Shown: positions 20,403 to 31,685, counted from the stretch's first letter. The stretch: 32,000 bases of DNA from Candidatus Saccharimonadota bacterium (GCA_965229705.1 OZ245922.1:810001-842000); one strand, 5' to 3'. Numbers and translations are program-made. Notes: generated by a model not told the origin, from the letters alone.

Positions 20403-20511
20403 TTTAAGGAAGTTCTGAAAAACTCCTTTTTTCTCTCCTTTTGCAAAGGAGAGATGGCTCAATAGAGCCAGAGTGGATTGGAAAATTTTCGTTTCTCAGA
20501 GGTTCCTTAAG
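20403..20511 (+). repeat. MITE-like structured repeat, copy 5 (complete, best terminal inverted repeats)
   Basis: Left end is cttaaggaagttctgaaaaac. Right end is gtttctcagaggttccttaag. The core is ctctccttttgcaaaggagagatggctcaatagagccagagtggattggaaaatttt. An extra partial end motif tctctgagaaag follows at 20514-20525. The whole copy lies inside the 3' end of the pseudouridine synthase ORF. Confidence 0.85.
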
Positions 20512-21237
20512 AAATCTCTGAGAAAGCTTGTGTATAAGCTCTTGAAGTGATACTTCTTCCTTATAGGAAAGCTTCTGATATACTCCACTCTCAAGGTTTT
20601 CTATAAAAATATTTCCTATCCGAGTCCGATGCAGTCTTTTTACTTTTCATCATACTGCCTCAACCATTCTGCGTATCTGCCTGTTTCTTCACTCTTTGAG
20701 AATAATGGAAAATTTTCATGAAGCTATTCTCGTTATTTTACACTTCTTTGTCCATCTTCATAAAATATATACTCAGCGACTCATATGCCTGAGAGCCTCA
20801 TCAGATATAGGACCAAAAGTTTCTACTCGATATTCTTTCTCGTGTTCATAGCGAGGATGTGTGAGATAATTTGTTAGACGTCCGTCATTTGTCAGTAATA
20901 TAAGCCCCGTAGAGTCTTTATCAAGTCTCCCTATAGGAAAAACACGCTCTGGTATATCAACTATATCGAGCAAAGACTTTCATCATCTTTGCGCGCAGGT
21001 TGTCTCAATTCATCGAGGTTTATACATCTTATAGTATACAAGGTTTTGCTGAGATACTATCGCCGTTTTTCAAAGCTCTACAGTATCAACACCCTCTATA
21101 ACTGACATACCGAGCTCTGCTTTTTTTCCATTGACAAAAACCTCTCCATTTTGAATATACTCCTCAGCCTTTCTTCGGGAGCATATTCCCTTCATACTCA
21201 TATATTTTTGCAGACGCATTGTTTGTGCTTGAGTCAT
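20404..21237 (-). CDS. S4-domain rRNA pseudouridine synthase (RsuA/RluB/RluF family) with a repeat-derived C-terminal tail
   Basis: The S4 domain is MRLQKYMSMKGICSRRKAEEYIQNGEVFVNG. The catalytic motif is FPIGRLDKDSTGLILLTNDG, followed by NRQIRRMVEAVG. Under code 25 the frame stays open through the whole repeat copy 5. It stops only at TAA 20404-20406. Confidence 0.8.
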
Positions 21238-21254
21238 AGTTTTCAAAACTGGGT

Positions 21255-22220
21255 TTATATTATTTGTACCTCTCTATCAAGGCGTATTGCAAAAGTATCA
21301 AACACCTTCTTCTCAGCGAGATGTATGAGATCGAGCATATCTTTGTAACTTCCTGTTCCGTCATTCATGAGAAAATTTGCATGCTTTTCTGAAAAATATG
21401 CTCCTCAGATTTTGTATCACTTAAGTCATACTGCCTCTATCAAAAATCCTGCTGAGAGTTTTTTGAGTGCATATCATTGTGAACGAAATAAGGCGTACTG
21501 CTTCTCATGTATAATCTCATCACCGTCTTGTTTTTGCGCAATGTATCACGGTGGATTTTTAAAAAAACTCCCACAACTATTTCCGTTTGGTTGTTTATTT
21601 TTACGAAAATTTATGTTATCAATATCACTATGGTATTTTTCTTTTTTTTCACTGAGATCAAATTGTGCGGAAATCAAAAAGTATTTTTGTTCTTTTTTGA
21701 GTTTTGAGTTTCTGTACGAGAAATCCATATCTTTTTTTTCGAGAGTAAATACCTGTCCATTTTGTGTATCTAGAACTTGGCATGAGACAAAGTTGTTTTC
21801 TATTTCTAGTCAAAAACAGCCAGCATTTCCATACACTGCTCCAGCAATACTTCCTGGAAGTCCGATAAATCTATGCCAGAGGATTTGTTGGTATTTTTGC
21901 TCGAGATTTTCTGCTATATCCCATATATTCTCTGCTCAGAAGCTGGTAAGAAGGTGTGTTGGCACATCATAACTCCAGCCAAAAAGACTATTTTTGATGA
22001 TAAGTCACTCATAGATATCAAAGGCAAAAAGAATATTTGTTCCTCCACTGATCCAGAGTATGGGAAGCGCATTTTGTCTTGCCCAAGAAATGTTTTCATA
22101 CAACTCGTGTATCTGCTTTTCAGAGTATATCTCATAAAAATACCTCGTTTTTGCTGGAGTTTTATAATTTGAAAATTCTGTAATATCCCTGTTTTCTTGT
22201 ATATTGTGTCAGTATTTCAT
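21255..22220 (-). CDS. murB: UDP-N-acetylenolpyruvoylglucosamine reductase
   Basis: Sequence runs MKYGHNIQENRDITEFSNYKTPAKTRYFYEI..ILWISGGTNILF..GLPGSIAGAVYGNAGCFG..FSYRNSKLK..SCGSFFKNP..SAGFLIEAVGLKG..HANFLMN. Start is ATG at 22218-22220. Stop is TAA at 21255-21257. Confidence 0.88.
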
Positions 22221-22240
22221 AAAGTTTTTCTCTCACGAAA

Positions 22241-25087
22241 TTATTTTCCAAATCTTGCTTCATATTTTTGTATTGCCTGCCCTGTATAACTCTTTTGGCA
22301 TTTTTTTACCACCTCTATATCTCACTGTACCATAAGATCTCACCCAGCATCTCCTCACTCAGGACCTATATCTACGATATAGTCTGCATTGAGAATAATA
22401 TTCATATTATGCTCTATGACTATTACCGTATTTCACTTATCCACTAATCCATGAAGAATATGCAGAAGTTTTTCTATATCTTGAAAGTGTAGACCTGTTG
22501 TAGGTTCATCAAGAATATACACTGTTTTTGATGTTGAACGCTTAGAAAGTTCTGTTGCGAGCTTGATTCGCTGCGCCTCTCATCATGAAAGAGTAGTTGA
22601 AGATTGACCGAGCTTTATATACCCCAGACCTACCCTACTGAGTACTTCGAGTGTTTTTATAATTCTTGGATGTGCATGAAAAAAATCAAGCGCCTCTTCT
22701 ACTGTCATTTCCAGAATATCTGAAATATCTTTTCCTTTATACTTAATCTCGAGCGTCTCTGCATTAAATCTCTTCCCCTCACATTCTTCACACACCGTAT
22801 ACACAGGAGGGAGGAAGTGCATTTCTATTTTTTTCACTCCATCACCGTCACACTCATTACAACGACCATGCTTCGTATTAAATGAAAACCTTCCTGGAAC
22901 GTATCCTCTGAGCTTTGCATCATAACTCATCGCAAATACTTCTCGAATAAAGGTAAATACCCCCGTATAAGTTGCAGGATTTGATCGTGGCGTCTTTCCG
23001 ATAGGAGACTGATCAATTACCAAAGCTTTATCAAAGTTTTCTGCTCCTGTGATTTTTTGATGTTTTCAGACGGTTCTATTTGCCTTATTCAGCGTATTAA
23101 GGAGATATGATGCAAGAATATCATTTATCAAAGAAGATTTTCCTGATCATGAAACACCGGTCACGATACTGAGATTTCCTATAGGGAAGTGTACATCTAT
23201 ATTTTTGAGATTATGTTGTTTTGCTCCATGAATAGTGAGGTATTTTTCTTGTTTTCTCTTCTTTTTGTCTACAATCACAGATTTTTGTCCACTCAGATAT
23301 GGTCCTGTAAGAGATGTTGTATTTTTACAGATTGTAGCAAAGTCTCACTCTGCTATGACTTGTCATCCGTGTATACCTGCTCCAGGTCAAATATCTATAA
23401 TATGATCTGATTCTCGCATAATGTCTTCGTCATGTTCAACAACGATAAGAGTGTTTCAGAGATCTCTGAGCTTTTTGAGGTTATGTATCAGCATATCATT
23501 ATCTCGAGGATGAAGCCCAATAGAAGGCTCATCTAAGATATAGATAATCCCTTCCAGTTTTACTCCTATTTGTGTTGCGAGGCGAATTCGTTGTGCCTCT
23601 CATCATGAAAGAGTGTTTGATTTTCGAGAGAGTGTCATATATGAGAGTCAAACTCACGAGAGAAACTCTAACCTGTCAGAGATATTTTTGACGACTTTTT
23701 CTGCAACTTTTTTTTCTTCTTGAGAGAGCTTAAGTTTTTGTATCCATTTTTGGGTATCTACGACATTCATAGCTGTGAGTTCTCCTATATTTTTTCATCA
23801 TATATTTTTTCATCATACTTTCACGCTCAATGCCTCTTGTGTGAGACGATACCCTGAGCAAGAAGGACACTCTATATTCGTCACATAGTCATCATAGTGT
23901 CCATGCTCTACTCCTCCATCATAGTATCTACGCGTGAGTGTTGGTATCACTCCTTCAAAGCGAGAATTATAGGTATTACTTCTTCATTGCTCATTGACAA
24001 AGCTCACCGAATAGAGCTCTTGTCCTGTTCACTGCATGATGCATTCTCTCTCTCGATGAGAGAGTTTTCCATAGGGAATATGCGTATTGATCGCATGTTT
24101 TTTTCCAACCTCTTCTATTAGAGCCAAGAAGTAGTTTCCAAATCATGGTGGCAATACTGCTCACTCGGCAAGTGTGAGCTTTGGATTGATAAGTGACTCT
24201 TCCAAAAATACCATTTTTTCTCATAATCCATGACACTCAGGACATGCTCATGAATGTGAGTTAAAACTCAAAGAAGATATAGTGAGTTTTTCTGGAATAT
24301 GACCACAGCTACTACATACAAAAATCTGAGAAAAGCTTTTTTTTTCTTTTCCAAGTATCTGTATAGATAACTGTCAGAGTCAAAATTTGTAGGCAATTTC
24401 CAAAGAATCTTTTAGGCGTTTTGTATCACTTGAATCACTTTGAGAAAAGTCTTTTACCACAAGTCTGTCTACTATTATTTCAACAAGTGGATTGCTCTCT
24501 GTAAAGGTAAAATCATCATTGACATTTTTTTCTTCTCCATTTATCAGAAAGCGTATAAATCCTGCATCAAGGACTTCTTTTTTTATTTTTTCTGCGCTGA
24601 GGTCTTGGTGCTTTCGAAGAAATGGGCAAGTCAGATAAAACTTCGTTCAAAGTTCATGAGAGGAAATATAAGAAATGATATCTTTTGTGCTATCTTTTTG
24701 AATATGATCTCCACACTCAATACAGTATCGTTTTCATATATGAAGATAGAGAAGTTTATAGTAGTCATATATTTCTGTAATCGTTCATACGGTACTTCGT
24801 GGATTTCTATTTGTCGTTTTTTGATCTATAGAAATAGTCGGAGAGAGTCATGATATTTCCTCATAGAGTGCCTCGTCTTTGTTGTTTCCCACAAACATTC
24901 GTGCATAACTTGAAAGACTCTCAAGGTATTTTTGCTGACCAATCGAATATATCGTTGCAAAGGCAAGTGATGATTTCCCCGATCATGAAAGTCCCGTAAT
25001 AACGGTAAGAGTATTTTTTGGTATTTTTACATCAATATTTTTGAGATTATGTGTTTTTGCTCCGCGAACTTCGAGAAATTTTGACAT
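22241..25087 (-). CDS. uvrA: excinuclease ABC subunit A
   Basis: N-terminus is [65 protein letters not shown]. Both ABC signatures LSGGE have both Gly encoded by TGA (23597-23611 and 22577-22591). Zinc-finger cysteines are present. The C-terminus is DIGPEGGDAGG..SYTGQ. Stop is TAA at 22241-22243. Confidence 0.92.
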
Positions 25088-25188
25088 AAAAAGACATAAA
25101 AAAAGTATGAAGTAGTATCTTAATCGAAAAAGAGATTATTCAAGTTTTTGATGGAGAGAGTATTGAATATATCGAGTTTCTGAGTATC

Positions 25189-25884
25189 TTAAGAAGCCTC
25201 TGAGAAACGTAAATAATAGTCGCGCATATTTTCTTGAAAAATTCTTTCAGGAATCCAAACTTGTGAACCAATGAGATAATACGCTTTTTCATCTGGTCGT
25301 ATTTCTCTTGCTTTGCTTGTCTTTCATGCAAATAAATGAAATCACTGCTGTGAAAAAGTACATGAAAATGATTGAGAAATTCTTTTTCCTTTTCAAAGGT
25401 ATCTTTGTCTTTTTTTTGATGTTTTACAGGTATTATCTCGTACTTGACAGTGATGTTGAAAACAAAAAACTACATGTGTTCATTCCTCTACTTGTTTCAA
25501 TGACTCTACCATCACATCTATATATTTTTTCTGCATTCAGTCTCATCCGTTTCGAGGGTCAAAAATACTATACCATCACTCAATATTAAAATCTCGGCGA
25601 AAAACTTTTGTATTTTTTTGTTGTTTTTGTGAAGCTCTATCAGAGAAAAGTGCTTCTTGAAGAGAAGTATTATGAAAAAACTCTTGATCTGCAAATCATG
25701 GTATCGTATGTCAGCAACTTCCACAACTCCCTCTTATATAATCATCTTCTTTACCACAGATTGGGCATGAGTCTTCTTTATAGTCTAAAACACTACTTGC
25801 ACAAAAAGCGTACGCATCTCTTGGTGATGTAAGCGCGGAAGATACTCATCAAAGAATTTGAGAGTTTACACCATGTTTTTCCAT
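25189..25884 (-). CDS. hypothetical Cys-rich protein with N-terminal zinc-ribbon motif (231 aa)
   Basis: This is the only frame free of TAA/TAG across the 800-bp gap between comFC and uvrA: 232 codons with 11 TGA. It contains CPICGKEDDYIRGSCGSCGH and further Cys clusters. The call is uncertain because two other frames here also hold 70-157 codon ORFs with more ordinary K/E/F/I/L-rich composition. Confidence 0.45.
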
Positions 25885-25901
25885 AAGATATACTTTATCA
25901 G

Positions 25902-26594
25902 CTAATCACTTGCGATAGCAACAACCCGAATATCTTGGTATCATACACCTTGTAAAAGTACACATATCTCTTTTACAGTCGAAGCTGTAGATAGTATATC
26001 ATCAATAATGTAAATTGTCGAATTTTGGTCTATTTTTTTTGTATTTCTGAGCGCAAATGTTCATAAAACATTCTTTTTTCTCTCTTTTGCGGTTAAATGA
26101 CTTTGCGATTTTGTCATTGATCTTTTGTAGATCATATCATGTAGCACTACTCCTCCACATATATCTGCAAGAGTCTGCGCGATGATCTCGGACTGATTAT
26201 ATCATCGTTTCCACTTTTTGAGAAAAAAGAGTGGGACAGGAATAAATACAATATTCTTTTCTTGAGAATATATATAACGCCGAAAAAAATCGCTGTGTAC
26301 CTCTATAAGCTCTTTGTATAAAAATGGCTTATGATAGTATTTTCCATGCTGTAAAAGCTTTTTGAGAGTTACATCTCTATATCGACCCAAGACGACTGCC
26401 TGCTGGAAAGGAAAGTCTTTTTTGTATTGTGGATATGTATAAAACGCATCTGAATATTTCTTTGAAGCGTAACAATAAGGAGTATTCACCGGAATATCTC
26501 GGAGACATCGAGGACAAAAAAAGTGTCAGGGCTGAGAGCACACATAACACTTTTTTTCTCAAAATAACGAAGTAATAAAAGAGTAAAACTTCAT
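25902..26594 (-). CDS. comFC: ComF-family phosphoribosyltransferase (competence protein ComFC-like)
   Basis: The N-terminus has a double CxxC (CYVCSQPGHFFCPRC). GYNQSEIIAQ follows, then the PRTase motif IYIIDDILSTASTV. Start is ATG at 26592-26594. Stop is TAG at 25902-25904. Confidence 0.8.
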
Positions 26595-26597
26595 TGT

Positions 26598-28004
26598 TTA
26601 GAAATTTTTTATAATCTCTGAAAGACTCTCTACACCAAAACCTGTCATTCATTTTGGCATTTTCCCATAGGCATCTCCCTCATTGATATACGCTCCTGCG
26701 ATATCAATATGTGTATATTTTTCATTATTTTCTAAAAAATTTGAAAGAAATGCCGCTCACATAGAAGATCCGGCATAAACTGATCTATCAAGATTTTTAT
26801 AATCTGCTATTTCTGATTGTGTCTTTTCGATAAAGTGATCATCAAAAGGAAGTTCTATATATTTTTCTGTGTGGTTTTGAGAATATTTCAGCAGAGCATC
26901 TAAGAGTTTTCTATCCGTCCCCATCATCCCCGCATAACGAAAACCAAGAGCCACCATCACTGCGCCGGTAAGTGTCGCAAGAGTGATAAGTCTTTCGGTG
27001 TGATAGTGTTTCCCGAGATAACTCATACCATCAGCAAGAACTAGTCGTCATTCAGCGTCTGTGTGTATCACTTCTACAGTTTTTCCATTATACGCCTTGA
27101 GTATATCTGAGGGTTTATACGATGATGATGAAACACTATTTTCTGCAAGACAAAGACAGGCAACAATATTTTTGTCTATATTGTGTCTATCAAGTTCTTT
27201 CATCACTGCGTAGGTTACAGCCGCTCATCACATATCTCCTTTCATATCATACATGGCGTCTCCTGGCTTTATTTGGTTTCCTCCTGTATCAAAAGTCACT
27301 CCTTTTCCCACAAGAGCTAGGCAAGGCTTTTTCTTGTCTACTATATGCTCTAAAATTACCATACAGGGAGCATTTTTACTCCCCTTTCCTACAGCCTCTA
27401 TCAGTCATAGTCCTTTCTTTTGGATATCTTTATAGGAGAGGATTTTTACCTTTGTATGCTGAAACTTTGTTTTTTTCACTTTTTTTGCAAATACCTCTGG
27501 CGTGAGATCACAAGCCGGTGTTTCTCAAAGATTTCTTGCAAGGATAATATTTTCAAGAGTTTGAAGGTGATCTGCAAAATCTTTTTTCCATTTTATATCT
27601 CAAAGAATTTCTAGTACATATTCCTTCTTCTGACTTTTATATTCCTGAAACACATACCCAGAAAGATAGGTTGTTTCAAAGAGAGTTTTGAGTTGCTCTT
27701 TTTTTTCTGCGTAGAGAGCTATTTTTTCGGTTTTTTTTGAGAGATATTTTCCATAAAAAAGGACTTTTTTTTCATAACTTGTTTCTGGCGTGTAGAGAAA
27801 GAGTACTTCTTGACACTGTTTTTTTCATATAAAGTACTTTTGTGCACAGGCTTGTTTTTTTGTTATTTTTTTTGAGAAGTCTTGGAGAATTTCTTGAGAA
27901 AATCAAAATTTTTTCCAAGACGCAATATCTTTTTTTGATTCTCAAACGAGCACAAAAAGTGACGATCTCAGTTGTGAAAAAGAGTCTCTATAGTGATATT
28001 TCAT
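26598..28004 (-). CDS. pepA: leucyl aminopeptidase (M17 family)
   Basis: Motifs seen: LVGKGVTFDTGGNQIKPG, MKGDMGGAA, and HTDAEGRLVLAD (the Gly is TGA). GSSMGAAFL follows. Start is ATG at 28002-28004. Stop is TAA at 26598-26600, 3 nt before the comFC start. Confidence 0.88.
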
Positions 28005-28122
28005 AGTTCTTTTTTGATACAAGATAACAAGGAAATAGAGAAAAACTTCCTATTTTTCCATATTTCTCACAGATAAAAAGAGTATAAAAGAGATACTCTA
28101 AAAAAGAAAAGTTTTTCTCAAA

Positions 28123-29493
28123 CTATAAATTTACCTGAAAAAACACCCAAACAATAACAAAAAATGAAAGAGAACCTATACAAGAAAAGTAATTCTTACA
28201 TGAAGAAAACACATAATACAAAACAATAGAAAAAAGAATATAACGAAACATTTCTCCAGATATATCAAAGTGTACCAGCTCAAACACTTCTAGGGTGTGT
28301 ATGGTGAGAAAAAACATGCAAAATATACATAGAGCCATGTAGAGAACTTTCGCGGTAAAAAAAGAACTTTGCTGTATATTTTCTCTTACTTTTATTATTC
28401 ATTTTTTCGCGCTGGTATAAGAAGACACTCTTCCCATTTTTTTTGCTGAAAGAAGCGAAATATTTTGCTGCAGAACCTTTCTCTTAATAAAAAACTTTTC
28501 TTTTTCCTCTGTTTTTATAAAAGGAGAAAAATATACGAAAGGATTTCTATATATTTGCTTTGTATTTTCTTTGAGTTTTTTCTTATAGGTATTGAGAAGA
28601 AGGACGGTTTTGAGATAGCTGTAAGAGTGTGTATCTATCTTTTCTCCAGCTTTTTTCTGCTGAGCTGCATCTTGCCTTGAAGCGTCTTTTTTTTGAGAGA
28701 AGCTTTGAAAAAACTGAGAAATAGTATCTATAAATATCTTTTTATAATCTTTTGAAGGATCGAGAAAATACTTTGAAGAACCAAATTCTTTTAGGAGATT
28801 ATTGGTTTCTGAAAGAAAATCTTTTGCGTGGCGTATTTTTTGATCTTGAAGCATCTGGACTTCTATTTCTCCTATTTTTGAGAGTGCAAGCTCGCTTATT
28901 TCTTGAAGTTTTATAATATTTGAGGATCACTTCATGTGAATAAGTTTTTCATAAACCTGCTCAAGCTTTTCTCTCTTGGTTTGAGAAATATTATTGGTAT
29001 TTGCAAGAAGAGATTCTATTTTTTTTATAACCTTCTCTACTCACTGAGAGGTTTTTTGAAGTTGTTTTTGAGCATAAAACTGTTCAGAAGCTTGTTGTTC
29101 TTGTTTTTTTGAGACTTGTTTCTCTTGTTGGAGTTTGTATCCTATTTCGAGTTTTGAGAGTATTTCTTCTCGTTTTTTTGCGTCCAGTTTTTCACTGTCT
29201 TTTTCTGGATAGAGAGACAGAACTCTGTATTCGAGTTCTCTACGGAGTTTAATATATACTTTTAAAATATCATCTCAAAATATTGCTCCTGACTGAATTA
29301 CTCCATCCTTTTCTACCTGAAATAAAAACTTTTTTCACGATATCTGTGAGTCATCTACCCCACTAATACTCAAGACACTATAACCGTCTTTATGAAGTTT
29401 TTCTTTTGCTTCATACTCTGAAGTAGTAGAAACGATAATAGTATACTTTTTCTGAGACTTTGTAGCGCTGATTTTGTATTTTTGTATTGGCAT
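28123..29493 (-). CDS. hypothetical coiled-coil protein with C-terminal membrane helices (456 aa)
   Basis: Track ORFs 28399..28854 and 28123..28338 join through TGA at 28399-28401. The frame stays open up to ATG 29491-29493, preceded by an in-frame TAA at 29521. The N-terminal ~45 aa are MPIQKYKISATKSQKKYTIIVSTTSEYEAKEKLHKDGYSVLSI. A long K/E/Q-rich helical region follows. The C-terminus has two or three hydrophobic helices. Stop is TAG at 28123-28125. Confidence 0.65.
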
Positions 29494-29520
29494 AATTACA
29501 AGGGCAAAACGGTATATTTC

Positions 29521-29682
29521 TTATTTTTGGAGTGGAAGATATGTATTTAAAATACCACATAACTGTTTTGATTGATCTTCATCCAAAGCACTAACAAATC
29601 ACTCTATGGAGATTTCTGGAGTATCTGCAAGTGTATCATTTCCCGTATCACACAGTATATTTGTAGGTACTTCTCCTGACAT
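29521..29682 (-). CDS. small hypothetical acidic protein (53 aa)
   Basis: Runs from ATG 29680-29682 to TAA 29521-29523 with one in-frame TGA. It fills the gap between two same-strand genes with 4-nt and 27-nt spacers. No family recognised. Confidence 0.35.
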
Positions 29683-29686
29683 TGCT

Positions 29687-29998
29687 TTATAAATTATGGA
29701 TTAAAAATGAGGCATTGTTCATTTCTTCTATATGTTCTTGTGCTTCTCTTTTTTTCATTCCTTTTACCTGGTACTTGGTATTTTTTTGGAGACTTTCAAG
29801 ATTTTTTAATTCTACAGTTTCTACAAAATTTTCTATATTTTTATAGAGTTTTTTGAGATCTTCTTCACTCGTAACTTGCAGAGCTTCTATATACAATGTT
29901 TTCTGCTCTGGAGAAATACGAAGAGCCTGTATTATTTTTTTGGTTATCTCTTTTTGGTTCTGGAGATTTTGTTGTTTATGTAAAAAAGAGAAGAGCAT
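29687..29998 (-). CDS. hypothetical helical protein (103 aa)
   Basis: Intact ORF bounded by TAG upstream and TAA downstream. It is K/E/Q/L-rich. It is the first gene of a minus-strand gene string, following a 300-bp AT-rich divergent intergenic region. Confidence 0.5.
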   Translation of the reverse strand: MLFSFLHKQQNLQNQKEITKKIIQALRISPEQKTLYIEALQVTSEEDLKKLYKNIENFVETVELKNLESLQKNTKYQVKGMKKREAQEHIEEMNNASFLIHNL

Positions 29999-30301
29999 AG
30001 TTTTCTACAATATGTATATGTATTTACAGTGTATCATATATTTATTAAGAGAACAAATATTTAAATATAGTAGTAGTAATAATAGTTCTTGTGAAAAACC
30101 TGAGTCCCATAATAAAGCGAAAAAAATAAGACTTTTTTTCCATTTTTTCAGAGAAATATTTCTCTATATTGTGTATTTTGCAAAGGATATTAAGAGATAT
30201 TATAGAGTTTTTTACAAAAGTTTTCTTCTTTCTTTGACTTGCTTTTACTTTCATAAAAGTATGATAAAAATGTGTAAGATAATTTTTAAAGTGTTTTGTA
30301 T

Positions 30302-31570
30302 ATGCAAGAGTGAAAAAATAGAGTTTTTCTGAATTTTATCATTGTTTTGACATCTTTTTTGCTGGGATTGTGAATTTCTCATATATTCTATACACAGAAA
30401 CTGGCACATAAAGATATCGAGACTCGATTTTTAGGAACTTCCTACAATCTTGATATGCAAGAGTTTTGGGATGTATATCAGCTGATATGAGATGAGTTTT
30501 TTTCTCAAGATGGCGTGAAGAAACAAGACCTTGTATATGGCGCAATAGAGTGAATGGTTGCAGCTCTATGAGATGAACATAGTGAGTTTTTTTCTCCAAG
30601 TGCGACAGAAAAGTTTCATACTTCGCTCTCATGAGATTTTGAGGGAATAGGAGCCGTAGTAGAGAAAGTTCCTCTTTGAGTAAAAATTGAAAGAATTTTC
30701 AAAGGTTCTCCCGCAAAAAAATATGGACTCTTTTCCGGAGACATCCTGATCTCTGCAAATGGTGAGAGTCTGGTAGGCCTCGATATATTTGATGCGGTTG
30801 AAAAGATCAAAGGACCTGCAGGAAGTGAGGTGATTTTAGAGATACTGAGAGTATGAGAAAGTGATATTATAGAGCGAACGGTTGTGCGGGATAAGATACA
30901 TATTCCTTCGGTAGAAATAGAAGAAATATGAGAAGATGTTCTCTATATTTCTCTTAATATGTTTGGTGACTCAAGTGTGGAAGAGTTTTGAGAAGCAATT
31001 TCTTTGGCAATATCTTCACAAAAACAAGGACTTATTATTGATCTTAGAGATAATGGCTGATGATATCTCGACAGCGCTGTAAGTATTTTGTCATATTTTA
31101 TAGATACTGGAGAAGTACTGGTAGAGACAAGATATAGAAAATCTTTTCTTGGAAAGACCTATACTTCACAAAAGAATGATCAAAAATATACCGGAAAAAT
31201 AGTTGTACTCATCAATAGAAACTCTGCGAGTGCTTCTGAAATAGTTGCTTGAGCACTCAGAGAGTATCACAAGGCAATTCTTGTAGGAGAAAAAAGTTTT
31301 GGAAAAGGGTCAGTCCAAGAGGCATACAATCTCGTTTCTCAGAGTCTGTTAAAACTTACGGTTGCTCAGTGGTTCACTCCTCAAGGGAAAAACATCGAAG
31401 ATGAGGGAATACAGCCAGATATAGAAGTATTTTTTGAGTGAGAGGATTTTGAAAATGACTATGATAGACAGCTAGAGGAGGCAAAAAAAGTTCTTCGTAT
31501 GTTTCAGGTAGAAAACACTCTTTGACTTACTTTGGAGAAATATCATGAGGAGAATAGTAAAGAAGAGTAA
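30302..31570 (+). CDS. ctpA: C-terminal processing peptidase (S41 family) with PDZ domain
   Basis: The signal-anchor N-terminus is MQEGKNRVFLNFIIVLTSFLLGLGI. Then GDFEGIGAVV, a PDZ segment (GSPAKKYGLFSGDILISANGES), DLRDNGGGYL (two Gly are TGA), NRNSASASEIVAGAL, and GEKSFGKGSVQ. Stop is TAA at 31568-31570. Confidence 0.88.
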
Positions 31571-31600
31571 TTTTTGAGGGGTAAGAAAGTTCTGAGTATG

Positions 31601-31631
31601 AACACCGGGCTGTAGCCCGGTGTTGTTTTTT
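31601..31631 (+). terminator. rho-independent terminator after ctpA
   Basis: A 10-bp GC-rich stem pairs aacaccgggc (31601-31610) with gcccggtgtt (31615-31624). The loop is tgta. It is followed by gtttttt. Confidence 0.85.
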
Positions 31632-31685
31632 GCGTGTTTGGAGGAAATCATAAGAAAAAAGATTCAAAATATCAGTCACAAAAAA

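Noticed and set aside
20446-20466. Tiny ORF ATG-GCT-CGA-TAG (M-A-R) preceded by aaaggagag inside each repeat copy, as a possible mini-gene.
   Set aside because: The SD-like purines are the 3' arm of the conserved hairpin and sit only 0-2 nt from the ATG. The ATG/TAG are not conserved in all copies: copy 3 has ATA, and copy 5 has CAA in place of CGA. A structural role is more likely.
21367-21972. 201-aa plus-strand ORF, the largest standard-code ORF in this region.
   Set aside because: It is antisense to murB, whose minus-strand translation shows clear MurB motifs. The product is Cys/Phe-rich and not protein-like.
24440-24853. 137-aa plus-strand ORF; also 27122..27505 (127 aa) and 4180..4569 (129 aa).
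   Set aside because: The first is antisense to uvrA, the second is antisense to pepA, and the third is out of frame within mfd.
25140-25724. Track ORFs 25140..25331(-), 25518..25724(-) and 25308..25589(+) as the real genes between comFC and uvrA.
   Set aside because: Not firmly rejected. I gave preference to the 232-codon TAA/TAG-free frame. The minus alternative is interrupted by four TAG codons at 25470-25520 and lacks an ATG for its first part. The plus ORF is its in-register mirror on the strand opposite to all neighbours. See the corresponding finding.
29853-30332. 159-aa plus ORF and the 69-aa minus ORF 30045..30254 in the AT-rich divergent intergenic region.
   Set aside because: The composition is implausible (Cys/Phe/Tyr/Ile-rich, or poly-Lys). 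The plus ORF overlaps the better-supported 103-aa gene on the other strand. The region is more likely promoter DNA. The 69-aa ORF cannot be fully excluded.
30339-30810. Minus-strand ORFs 30339..30632 and 30616..30810.
   Set aside because: They are antisense to ctpA, whose plus frame shows PDZ and S41 catalytic motifs.
31585-31600. aagaaagttctgag just before the ctpA terminator resembles the repeat end motif (aaggaagttctgaa).
   Set aside because: Only about 12 of 14 nt match and there is no adjacent repeat core. It could be a solo remnant, but it is indistinguishable from chance here.
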